Source: Chiloscyllium plagiosum (lineage: Eukaryota). From it: a stretch of DNA of 35,520 nt. The stretch is taken from positions 35,835,489-35,871,008 of the forward strand of contig NC_057718.1 of assembly GCF_004010195.1 (NCBI RefSeq). Direction: 5' to 3'. Positions 23,513 through 35,089 of this stretch are shown one piece after another. A model generated the notes under the pieces. The model was not told the origin of the DNA. It searched no databases and saw only the letters and a program-made list of their open reading frames with translations. The position numbers were made by a program, and so were the translations under genes. Within the stretch, counting starts at the first letter, position 1; each line of letters opens with the position of its first letter.

Positions 23513-24050
23513 TGCTGGCATATGGGACTAGATTAGGTTGGATATCTGGTCAGCATGGATGAGTAAGACCGAAAGGTCTGTTTCCATGCTGTACATCTCT
23601 CTGACTCTAGTTTATGCTAATAGATTCAAAATAATATTTATGCAGTTGCTCTAGAGTATGAAAGTTCTTCTACAATGCTCCAAAGAATACAGTGCCCATT
23701 GCAATGTGCTGTAACACTGAGTAATAGGGCAATTGGTCACACCAACTATATCTTTTATTTCACTTTTGCATACCACAATGTACTCTTAACATATATTTAA
23801 CTTTCTCCCATAAAAATGAAATCTTGAAAAGCAAAAGGTTTAAGACAGACAAAATTCTGATATACAAAACAAATATAATGTTCTGCAATATCCTACAGGT
23901 GCACAGAAACACCTATTTGCCCAATATAATAAAGACATTTAAGTCATATAACCTAATTCTCATACACATCTGTGGCCATTAATTACCAAGTTAATCGACA
24001 ATTTCAAACTTGGCATTTAAAAGTCTTAAGATAATTTAAATCAAACTTAC

Positions 24051-24144
24051 TCGCATGTTTATCAGCAAGCACTATTAGACTGTTTGAAATATCCCTGCGT
24101 CGGTAAAAACAGACAACCTTTGCTTCCACATTGCCACTTGGAGT
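24051..24144 (-). CDS. MTA3: MTA-family coding exon 3 (BAH domain), [31 protein letters not shown]
   Basis: ttccag|ACT CCA AGT GGC AAT GTG GAA GCA AAG ... GAT AAA CAT GCG A|gtaagt, 94 nt. 'SGN' and 'DISN' match MTA3 (TASGN..DISNTL) better than MTA1 (TANGN..DISST) or MTA2 (CLFRRRDISSS). The paralog call is less certain (~0.8) than the exon call. Confidence 0.95.
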
Positions 24145-26251
24145 CTGGAAAGAACAGAAGTCAAAATATCAATTCATGCTTTTTAGGGCACAGACTTCTA
24201 TATCATAGTTAATAAGAAAAATAGAAGTGCATGGATGATTAATTGACGTTTCCAACAGTGTGTGCATGTAAGCATGCACATGTTTTATAACATCCTGCAT
24301 TTACAAAAATAATATAAAGGATTGAGGAAGATGGGTGTGAATCAAAGACCTGAAATTAGGTGGTGTACATATTTAGTATATTATTTATTATGTCTCTTGG
24401 AATGTAACCTTCTCTGCCAAATAGAAAACTGGGTTCATTGCTCTTCTTGATGCCATTTCAATTATATCTTTAAAACCATTCCACCTTTAAAAACACTGAA
24501 GCAACAGGCTGGTTAAACCAACTTGCAAATAATGTGCAAGTGATGCTTGAGCTGACATGCTTTGCAATTTTCCTCCTCAGTATTACGGTACTCTCTCATT
24601 TCTTTTGGGGAGATGGCTTTAACCTGAGTGAATAGGCAATTAAAATGCATTCAAAGTCACCAAAAAAAAATCAAATGACAAAATTTACCCTACTCTAAAC
24701 AACAGGCTACAAGGACATCAACTGACCAATGCAGGCTTGGCACTGATGCACAGATGTGCCCATTACAGCACAAGTTTCAGACTGCAATTTTTATTATTAG
24801 CTGAGCTGGGAAGTAGGAATTAAAGACCCACTTACTTAAGCTTTTTTAAAAACTCTTGTGGCAGACAAGCTCCTCAGAAGGAACAGCATATGTGGAGACC
24901 ATCCCCTTCGCCATCTCCACCTTCCTTCCCAAATACGAGGCAAAGTTCTGACATTTTTAGCCCATTACCTTCTGCTCTAGATGTTAGTGTGATTAACCTG
25001 CTCTGAACTGCTTCCAATGCATTTCATCCTTCCTTAAATAAGGTGACCAGAACTGTGCACAGTATTCCAGATAGATTCCGCTTTTGATGCATGTTTGTGT
25101 GCAATACCTCCTGTTACTGCTCAGTCTTCTTAAGCCAATCTTCTAAAAATTACACAATGGGCCTGGAGCAGAGGTTGGAGAAACGAGTGTAAGTGCATTC
25201 TCAGGGTAAATTTGCAGCCTTTGAATGATACTTCACTGATAATTCAATGCCAATTGCCACATTCATTCTTTCCTATTCTTCTGAGCCCTTAACTCTGAGG
25301 TTGCTCCAGCATGCCAACCCCAACTTGTTCCCATGCAATGCTATCTACTGATTACTTACCATAAGATTAATAAATATCTACCACAAATTAAGTCAGCACC
25401 CAGGAATTTCACCCCACCCATACACAGAAGGGGAAAACTATTTAAATAACACAGGTTTGCATTCAGGCAACAAACCTTTGCAAACACATCAATAAAGTCT
25501 ACATATACAACATCAGTTTCATCACCTTCAGCTATATACACTCAGTTCCTCAAAAAGAAATTGGAAAAGGTGCACGGATACCTTTGATATTAAAGAATGA
25601 CACAAGGTCATAACTGAGAAGATCTTGGCTCAAAAAAATTCACAAATAGAATCGGTATGGATGGACATTAGGATTAGAAGTGTCAAAAAAACTGGTGAGC
25701 CAGGTACAGGCTCATTGCCAGTCATAATACTGTTGCAGAGAACATTAAAACAATATTGAAACTTGTAATAAAGATAATGGAATGGGTTGACTTAAAGTTC
25801 ATAAACAGACTGGGACAATCAAATTGGAAAAGGTAGTCTGGAAGATACGTTTGTTCAATGTTTTAGTTACAGTTTCCAGCAGTAATACTTTGAGGAACCA
25901 AAAGCTAATTTAACTCTGATACTGTGTGAAGTTGTAGAAGTTACTTGGTGATGTCACAGCAAATGATCCACTGGGGAATACAACCGGATTCAATATTAGG
26001 TCTGAAAATGTTATACACCATCATAAGCAAAAATCTTAATAGGAAACAAAGCTAATTACATAGGTATGAGGGGCGAGCTGGCTAAGGTATATGGGCAAGG
26101 TGAACAGACCAAAAGGTGAGGCAGTACACAAACACTTAAAAGCGCTTAAAGAAGCAACTGAAAGTGTTCAACTAAAATACATTGCATTGAAAGACAAAAC
26201 CTCAGCAAGACCAATCTATTTGTGGCTTCCTGAGAATAAATAAAATATCAG

Positions 26252-26663
26252 ATTATGAGCTATAGGGAGAGGCTGAACAGGCTGGAGCTGTTTTCCCTGG
26301 AGCGTCGGAGGCTGAGGGGTGACCTTATAGAGGTTTACAAAATTATGAGGGGCACAAATAGGGTCAATACGCAAAGTCTTTTCTCTGGGGTCGGGGAATC
26401 CAGAGCTAGACAGCATAGGTTTAGAGTGAGAGGGGAAAGATATAAAAGACACCCAAGGGGCAACTTTTTCACACGGGGGTGGTACGGGTATGGAATGAGC
26501 TGCCAGAGGAAGTGGTGGAGGCTGGTACAATTGCAAATTTTTAGAGGCATTTGTATGGGTATATGAATAGGAAGGGTTTGGAGACATATGGGCCAGGTAC
26601 TGGCAGGTGGGACGAGATTGGGTTGGGATATCTGGTCGGCATGGACGGGTTGGACAGAAGGGT
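26252..26663 (+). mobile_element. CR1/HER1 3' fragment
   Basis: MSYRERLNRLELFSLERRRLRGDLIEVYKIMRG is the CR1 ORF2 C-terminus, followed by 3'UTR. Confidence 0.92.
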
Positions 26664-26896
26664 CCTCAACTCTTGGCTTCCTTTTATCTTGCCCTCAATC
26701 CTAATTTAATATTCAACTCCATTCAACTCCCTAATTCATATGTTATGCTTAAAATTTACCTTTTACAAATTCATTCAACGATCTCCATTTTACAAACAAC
26801 TTTTACCCGCCAAATAGCAAAACATCCACTGGAAGCATTACGTTATATCTTGTATTTTGCGCTGGTTGATAAATTAAGTATCAAGTAAAATCTAAG

Positions 26897-27308
26897 AGTC
26901 AGAGGCCAAGGGGTGACCTTGTAAAGGTCTATACAATCATGAGGGGCATGGATAAGCTAAATAAACAAGGTCTTCTCCCTGGGAGGGGGGGGGGGGGGGG
27001 GGGGGGGGGAGAGAGAGAGAGTCCAGAGCTGGAAAACATAGATTTAGGGTGACGGGGTAAAAAGTTTAAAAGGGACCTAAGGGGCAACTTTTTCACACAG
27101 AGAGTGGGGTGTATATGGAAATGAACTGCCAGAGGTGGAGACTGGTACAATTACATTCAAAAGGCATCTGGATGGGTATATGAATAGGAAAGGTTTAGAG
27201 GGATATGGGCCGGGTGCTAGCAAATGGGATTAGATTGGGTTGGGATGTCTGGTCAGCATGGATGAGTTGGACCAAAGGGTCTGTTTCCATGCTGTACATC
27301 TCTATGAT
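26897..27308 (+). mobile_element. CR1/HER1 3' fragment with internal poly-G/(GA)n expansion
   Basis: Homologous to ~22985-23600 and ends gctgtacatctctatga. G25 at 26985-27009. Confidence 0.9.
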
Positions 27309-27615
27309 TTGATGAAATGCATAACAAGGCAGCAGTACCATCAAGCCCCACAGAGATATATGAACATTTATTCCTAGATCACTAAAAACTTGATATAACC
27401 TGTACTTACACAACATCTTTAACAGAGAAAAATGTCCTAAGCAAGCACATGGGAAAATGGAAAGAGGCAGAGAAGGTAATATTAGGAGGGGTGTGAGGGT
27501 GGCAAAAGATTTATTAAAGGAAGTAGTGTATAGAAACACTGTACTAAAAAAAAGGATATGAATTTAGGAAGTGATTGCCAGGACACTGAGTATACATGGC
27601 TGCCTCAGTGGAGAT

Positions 27616-27642
27616 CTCCAGCATCTGCAGTCCTCACTTTCT
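27616..27642 (+). mobile_element. 27-bp PLE family A extreme-terminus insertion with 13-bp TSD
   Basis: TSD cctcagtggagat at 27603-27615 and 27643-27655. Insert ctccagcatctgcagtcctcactttct is the reverse complement of the 7987-8012 terminus. Confidence 0.88.
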
Positions 27643-27673
27643 CCTCAGTGGAGATGAAGAACAGTGATGCACA

Positions 27674-29063
27674 GGCTGGGCCTCTTACTGAAATATTTGT
27701 GTCATCGATAGTCACAGGTGAGGTGCCGGAAGACTGGAGGTTGGCTAATGTGGTTCCACTGTTTAAGAAAGGTGATAAGGACAAGCCAGGGAACTATAGA
27801 CCAGTGAGCCTGACGTCGATGGTGGGCAAGTTATTGTAGGGAATCCTGAGAGACAGGATGTATATGTATTTGGAAAGGCAAGGACCGATTAGGAATAGTC
27901 AACATGGCTTTGTGCGTGGGAAATCATGTTTCACAAACCCGATTGAGATTTTTGAAGAAGCAACAAAGAGGATTCGTGATGGCAGAGCAGCAGACGTGAT
28001 CTATATGGACTTCAGTAAGGCATTCGATAAGGTTCCCCATGGGAAACTGGTTAGCAAGATCAGACTTCATGGAATACAGGGAAAACTAGCCATTTGGATA
28101 CAGAACTGGCTCAAAGGTAGAAGACAGAGGGTGTTGGGGGAAGAGTTGTTTTTCAGACTGGAAGCCTGTGACCAGTGGACTGCCACAAGGATCAGTGCTG
28201 GGTCCACTACTTTTTATAAATTTATATAAGTGATTTGGATGTGAGCATAAGATGTATAGTTAGTAAGTTTGCAGATGACACCAAAATTGGAGGTGGACAG
28301 CGAAAAAAGTTTAATTTAGATAAATGCAAAGTGCTGCATTTTGGGAAAGCAAATCTTAGCAGGATTTCTACACTTAATGGTATTGCTGAACAAAGAGACC
28401 TTGGAGTGCAGGTTCACGGCTCCTTGAAAGTGGAAACACCGGTAGATAGGATAGTGAAGGCGGTGTTTGGTATGCTTTCCTTTATTGGTCAGAGTATTGA
28501 CTACAGGAGTTGGGAGGTCACGTTGCAGCTGTACAGGACATTGGTTAGACCACTGTTGGAATATTCTGGTCTCCTTCCTATTGGAAAGATGCTGTGAAAC
28601 TTGAAAGGATTCAGAAAAGATTTACAAGGATGTTGTCAAGGTTGGAGGATCTGAGCTAAAGGGAGAGGCTGAACAGGTTGGGGCTGTTTTTCCTGGAGCA
28701 TCAGAGGCTGAGGGTGACCTTAAAAGAGGTTTATAAAATCATGATGGACATGGATAGGATAAATAGACAAAGTCTTTTCCCTGGGGTAGGGGAGTCCAGA
28801 ACTAGAGGGCATAGGTTTAGAGTGAGAGGGGAAAGATATAAAGGAGACCTATGGGGCAACCTTTTCACGCAGAGGATGGTATGTGTAAAGAATGAGCTGC
28901 CAGAGGAAATGGTGCAACATTTAAAAGGCATCTGGATGGGTATATGAAGAGGAAGAGTTTGGAGGGATATGGGCTGGGTGCTGGCAGGTGGGATTAGATT
29001 GGGTTGGGATATCTGGACAGGTTGGACCAAAGGGTCTGTTTTCATGCTGTACATCTCTATGAC
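27674..29063 (+). mobile_element. CR1/HER1 LINE 3' part
   Basis: VPEDWRLANVVPLFKKGDKDKPGNYRPVSLTS, SQHGFVRGKSC, DVIYMDFSKAFDKVPHG and KFADDTKIGG. 3' end gctgtacatctctatgac. Confidence 0.94.
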
Positions 29064-29117
29064 AATGAACAGAGGATCTGAGGATGATAGTCTCACCCTC
29101 ATCTCTACCTTAAATAA

Positions 29118-30359
29118 AACTTGAAAATCACACATCATCAGGTTCTAGTCCAACAGGTGTATTTGAAGGAGCAGCGCATCCATCGGGAAACTAGCAGGAC
29201 AGGTTCATAAGACACAGAATTTATAGCAAACGATCACAATGTCATGCAATTAAAACAATATATTACACAAACTTAGATGGCTGTTAGGTCTTTCATCTTT
29301 TAGAATGGGTGCAGGTTTCAGTTTATTAATATGCAAATCCCAGAACTTCTTTTAAATACCACTCTCAAGATAACAAGTTTTATACAAAAAGGGTGACATC
29401 TCAACTCAGACAATGCATTAAAGGTGCGAGGTTAGAGTCTGTCTGTATCCCAACCTTAAGTCAGACTGGTTCTATTTCCAAAGAAAGAATTTATAAAATG
29501 TTATATGGACTGATTGCCTGCAAATTGTGTGCTTTTTCAGCAAAAGTATAATGTATCTGCAAATACAATTCTGCAAATTTGCAGCACGTTTGCAGAACTG
29601 TATTTGCAGATACATTCCATTTTTGCTCAAGAAGCACATGACCTGCAGGCAGTCAATATAGGCAGCCAGTCTGACCCAAGATTGGAATATAGAGACTCAA
29701 ACCTCACACCTTTAATGCATTGTCTGAGCTGAGATGTTTGTTTTTTTTTAAAATCTTAAGTTATCTTGAGACTGTGGCTTAAAAGAAGTTATGGGATTTA
29801 CATGATTAGATTAGATTCCCTACAGTGTGGAAACAGGCCCTTCGGCCCAACAAGTCCACACCAACCCTCCGAAGAGTAACCCACCCAGACCCATTTTCCT
29901 CTGACTAATGCACCTAACACTATGGGCAATTTAGCATGGCCAATTCACCAGACCTGCACATCTTCGGACTGTGGGAGGAAACCCACGCAGACACAGGGCG
30001 AATGTGCAAACTCCACACAGACAGTTGCCCAAGGCTGGAATCGACCTGGGACCCTGGTGCTGTGAGGCAACAGAGCTAACCACTGAGCCACCATGCCACA
30101 TATTAATGTACCAAAACCTACATCCCATGGTAAAAGATGAAAGACAATCTCGCTTTGTTCAATGTATCATTTTAAGTGCATCACACTGCAACCTCTTGTT
30201 ATAAATTCTGTGTCTTATGATCCTGTCCCACTCATTATCTGATGAAGCAGCAGCACTGTGAAAGCTACTACTTCCAACTAAACCTGTTGGATTATAACCT
30301 AGTGTTGTGATTTTTAACTTTGTCCACCCCAGTCCAACACCGGCACCTCCACATCATGG
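29118..30359. mobile_element. Large PLE family B fold-back element (~460-bp arms, centre ~29584) interrupted by a SINE
   Basis: Inverted pairs: aatgtatctgcaaatacaattctgcaaa / tttgcagaactgtatttgcagatacatt, ctcagacaatgcattaaaggtg / cacctttaatgcattgtctgag, and cataagacacagaatttata / tataaattctgtgtcttatg. Near-TSD ctaccttaaataa (29105-29117) / ctatcttaaataa (30360-30372). Decayed hammerhead core at 30239. Confidence 0.85.
29804..30097 (-). mobile_element. HE1/V-SINE
   Basis: Reverse complement ggcatggtggctcagtggttagc..ccaggtcgattccagcc..tgtgtggagtttgcaca..gggcctgtttccacactgtagggaatctaatctaatc, i.e. a (TCTAA)n tail. Confidence 0.92.
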
Positions 30360-30372
30360 CTATCTTAAATAA

Positions 30373-31270
30373 GAAAGTCCCTTATTTTTAAACTCTCTCA
30401 CCTAATTCAAGTCTGTCCAAAAAAGACAAAATCTTCTTAGTATCTACCTTGTTAAATCCCCTCAGAATCTTGTATATCTCAAAATGATCACTTTATATCC
30501 TTCTAAACTCAAAAGAATACAGAAACTGGCACAATCTTTCCTCATTTGATAACCTACTCATTCTAGGAAGAAGTCCAGTGAATCTTCTTTGAATTGTTTC
30601 TAATGCAATTATGTCCTATCTTAAAAGAAAGGAAAACTGTACTGAGTACCCCAGATGTGATCAAACCCATCAATAATTAGTTTTGCTTTCTCCAGTGCAC
30701 CAGTGCATACCCACTGGAGCCAGAGAACACACCTCTGTGTCATCACTGAATTAAAAAAAAAATTTCCAGATGTTCCAATAGGATACTCTGGCCATGAAAC
30801 TGGGATGTGCCTACAACTGTAGCAAAACATCCATACCTTTAGATTCTATCCTTCTTGTAATGAATAACATTCCGTTTACTGCCCTAATCAGTTGCTTTGC
30901 GTGCAAACTAATTTTGTAATTCATGCACTAGTACCTCCAAGTTCTGCAATCTCTCCACATTAAGTGCTATTTTTCTATTCCTCCTGCCAAGATGTACAAG
31001 TTCACCTTCCAACATTATACCCCACCTGTCAAACCTTTATCTACTTGTTTCATGTGTCCCTTTGCAAACTTCTTACTGTCTCCTCACAATTTGCTTTCAG
31101 AACAATCTACGAATTATCAACAAATTTAGCATTCATATATATGGTCCCTTCATCTAAAGCATTGATGGCACTTACAAGCAGTGAGGGCCCAGCAGGCACT
31201 CCACTCATTACACCATGTCAAGCCAAAAATGACCCATTTATGCCCACTCTATTTCTTGCTAGCTGACCAA
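30373..31270 (-). mobile_element. Ancient CR1 3' fragment
   Basis: Reverse of CR1 ORF2 end motifs: tatctaccttgttaaatcccctcagaatcttgtatatctcaaaatgatcac..cttctaaactc, and tatcaacaaattt (KF.D). Confidence 0.7.
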
Positions 31271-32859
31271 TGCCATTATGTTATCAATGTACAATTTCTC
31301 ATTTTGGGTAAAATGGAAATATCTTCCAAGACAGGATAGTGTGTGACTCAAAGGGGAATTTGCAGAGGGTGATGTTTGAGGTTGCAGTCTTGTAAAAGTG
31401 CTATCAAATAAACCCTAAAACTGCTACAATGTATTTTGTACATGGTACACACAATTGTCATTGTGCACTGATAAAGGAGAGCGAAGCTTTAAAGTAGCAG
31501 AACAGGTGCAAAATGGTAGCCCTGGATACTACAAAGTTCTGAGCATTATTTAAGCTGCACCCACCCATACAAGCAAGTTGCCTGCTGCAGACTGCATAGC
31601 CTCAGACCCACAGGTGATAAGTGTAATGATTTCAATCAGGTTAATGGTCAGCAGTAATCAACATTGACGGTGGGGAATACAATGATGGGAATTGCTGTTG
31701 GAAAACAAAGGAGATGACTAGATACACTTGCTGAACAGGAATTCACAGGAAAGAAGGCTGGATTCAAAATCAAATAGTCTAACAAGATTGTAAGGAATCT
31801 AATTCAGGCCAGGACAGTAACAGGAGCCAGTGAAGCTTTGGAGCTTGGAATGAAATCCTTGAGCAGTTAACTTTGGTATTTCTAATATCTATCAGGAGGA
31901 AAGGGAAGCTAATCCATAATTGGATGTTAGATAAGCAACCATGCAACAGATGCAACATAGAGTCAAAAATGTTGGTGAAGTGTCAGGATTAAGCATTATC
32001 ATGTAAGAAACACAAACATTTATAGAACTGAAGTGATGTCATTTAGTCAATCACATTTGCGCTGGCTGAAAAATAACTTTCTGGTCTAACCAGATGCATA
32101 TTGCAATGTTTCATAAATGGGATGATGGTTTCTGCCTTTACCACCCTTTCAAGCAGTTATTACCCTATGACTGAAAAGACTTCCACCTCAACTCTTCTCT
32201 AATCCTTTGACCCATTACTTTCAACTACCTGCTTCCTGGTTATTGACAGTTTGCTAAAGAAAACAAGTTTTTCCTATTCATTATCCAGGTTCCTCACCAA
32301 TTTGTACACCTCAATTAAATCCTTTTTTAGGCTCCTCTTCTCTTTCATGACACTTTCCTACAATAATGTGTTGTGGCTACAATCAGTAATTTTGGATCCG
32401 TTAAGTGCAATGAGGCAAGTTTAATAAATTATCGCAAAGTTATCTCCGAGGGAACAGTGACCATAACAAGGTATAATTTTGCAATAACTTTGAGCATGAG
32501 AAATTTGGGTCAAAAACAACTGTCCTAAAACTTAAAGGCAATTATATTGGGGTGAGGGCCAATTTGGCTGGTTTGGGCTGGGAAAGGAGTTTAACAGAAA
32601 AGATGGTTGCTAAACAACAACAAAGATTTTAAAATATCCATGACTCTTGGCAAAGTCATATCCCAGTGAGGAAGGAAAACTCTAGCAAAGGAATACAACA
32701 ACTATGGTTTACCAAAGGATAATAGCAAATTGAAAGAAAAAAAAGGTTAAAAACTTACAATATGGCAAATCTCTACCTGTGATTAGCGATGTTCGAAATA
32801 ATTTTCACACAAGAATTCTCTAACAGAAATAGAAAGCAATTGTTTTTTTTAAAAAGAAA

Positions 32860-33045
32860 AATCAACAAGAGAACTTCCCACCTTTTTATCAAACCTGAGA
32901 GAACAGACATTTGACATTTCACGGAAAAGATAGCATTCATTGCACTAGAAACCTCATTCTAGATTATGTGCCCATGTTTCTGAAATGGCGTCAGAAGTCA
33001 TGACCTCTTGATTTAAAGGCAAGAGTGCTTCTACTAAGCCAAAAC
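32860..33045 (-). mobile_element. Decayed DeuSINE (SacSINE1-like) 5' part
   Basis: Reverse complement ttggcttagtagaagcactcttgccttt..gcacataatctag..ctctcaggt resembles the recalled SacSINE1 head. Confidence 0.5.
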
Positions 33046-33267
33046 TGATAGATAGAAGTTTACCTATCTCACAAAACAAAAGAATGTTCTCATGCACGCT
33101 GTGACTTCTGAAGTCATCAGAACAAGCAAAAACCTAATAACAGGACTCACATCTTCTGTTACTACTATCCCATACCCCACAAAATAAACAGGAAGGAGAA
33201 AAATATGGAAGAGGGGAAAAATTAGTTTGAATTACCTTCAAAAAACTTACGCACACATTTAAAATAC

Positions 33268-33335
33268 CTTATTGAGCTCTTCTATTCTTCTTATTAAGTA
33301 AGGATTACTGGAAGAATTTTCAAAGTAAACGTAGT
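33268..33335 (-). CDS. MTA3: MTA-family coding exon 2 (BAH domain), [23 protein letters not shown]
   Basis: tttcag|AC TAC GTT TAC TTT GAA AAT TCT TCC AGT AAT CCT TAC TTA ATA AGA AGA ATA GAA GAG CTC AAT AAG|gtattt. 68 nt, phase-compatible with exon 1 (G+AC = Asp), and identical to the vertebrate MTA peptide. Confidence 0.96.
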
Positions 33336-35089
33336 CTGAAACAAAAAAGTGAAATATAATGAAGTTACATTTCCAAGAACAGTGTTGCCATGAATTTCCT
33401 CAAAAGTTCAAAAGGACCACTTACTGAGATCACCTCTGATAGTCAGAACCCATACTACAAATAACCCCAGCTGTCCCAAGCCAAGAGTTAACATACCCAG
33501 GGTTCCTCTTCCTGACCCAGTGACCTCAAGCAAGGATACACTTGAGGATCTACTTGATTCGACAGCGTCCACAATAAATCAAACTCATTTCAGTCCTGAG
33601 CACATTTATAAAATCTGTCAACTGTGACATCTTAACTAAGCATAAGTCACAACTCATACAAGGAGCCATATTTTAAGTCTGTGCACCAGCAGGAACGATA
33701 TTGGTGTTTTGAGTGTAAAACTGAGGACAAATTGACCTGCATCCTCTCGGGTACCGAGCTGTAATTTGATCAAGATGTTCAAAATGTAAAAGGGAGAGAG
33801 AAAAACAACTGACTCTAGTAGTGAAAATAGTTTTAAAATATAAAGGAGAGCTTGTTCAAAAAAAACAGTAAAAATATGAGATTCTGTAATCCAAAAGGCA
33901 ACAGATAAATCTGTCAAATGAAATTTTCAAGAATGAGTTCCTAGGAAAAGGCAGATTAATGGATTTGACTTAGGAAGCAATCACACTCCAATGGAACAAA
34001 CATCAAACTTGAGGGGACAAATGGCCTACTGCTGTCTTAATGATTATATCTAAACTCAGACACAAATAGCATTAACTAGGGTAAGGTAAACAGCTCTAGT
34101 GAGCAAGGAGGCCTGGGTACAAATCCCACATGCTCCAGGAGTGTAATAACAACTCTGAACAGGTTGATTAAAAATATCTAAACTGCCCTAATGGTATTCC
34201 CAACATCAATGGCTTTATGAGAGATAAAAGTGGCAAAACATTTACAAGCATTCTATTAGAAACTGAACACTATCTTGTAAATCCATTCACTATTAATGCA
34301 ACAAAAGCATCGGAAAAACAAATATTTTCTACACCAGAAGTTGTTTTTTAGCCATCACCCCATGTACTCGGAACACCAGTAGTTTCTCTCCCAAGTTACA
34401 TTACTCTTCACATCACAAGCGCTGTTAATTAATGGTTGTCCCAAAGCCTCCACGTCGGAGGGAAGGAAGGCTGGCATCTTAAAGGTTAACAGAAACTGGT
34501 GCCAGCTAACACAGATTATCTGCCCGGTGATGCTGCAGCCATGCTATTTAGGCGAAAAGAACTGCACATCAAAAGATGACATTTTTCACCTTAAATGAAA
34601 TGTGCATTCCGCTTTTGAGTTTATTAGTTGCATTGGTGGTAGTTCTGGGTTGATTATTTAGGGAGGAATGCCTGTTGTACTGCCAGTGAAAGATGGGGGG
34701 GGGGGGGGGGGGGAAGAGGGATGTGTGGAGGAGCGGTGTCAGTGCACCCCCGGGTTTCTAAGGTACAGGCCTAGCACTGAGGGTGAATGTCACTTCGCCA
34801 TTTTCCTCTCTCTGATAAGAAATGTGTCTGATCAGAGTGACTGACTTCCTCCCACCCACCGCCTTACACAAAGCTGATGCAAATAAAAAGTCACGTAACC
34901 CACTTCAAACAACTTTGAAAAATATTAAAGAGTAGTTTTTTTTTAAATGGGGGGGGGGAGAAGAGGAGGAAGAAATCTTCGACCAAGTGAGTCCTGAAGA
35001 TGAACTTTCCCACTGATATTATTTCCGATGGAAAGGTATGATTATTTAAATCTATAGCTCACAGAGTAACTGGAATTAATAAATGAAGC

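Larger units (their letters stand above)
22028..23609 (+). mobile_element. CR1/HER1 LINE 3' part carrying two PLE insertions
   Basis: ANVVPLSKKGGKEKPGNYRPVS..SQHGFVRGKSCLTNL..DLSKAFDK and LQGSVLGPLVFNIYIDDLD. 3' end gctgtacatctctctgactcta. Confidence 0.93.

Noticed and set aside
23278..23562. Identical peptides on both strands (KLYCWNSTAGQAASREQEIRRF) suggesting a gene pair
   Set aside because: A trivial consequence of the DNA palindrome.
25356..25541. Minus-strand ORF with a nearby GTAAGT donor as an alternative exon
   Set aside because: EGDETDVVYVDF is a decayed CR1 RT motif (EG.AVDVVYMDF) and the rest has no MTA similarity.
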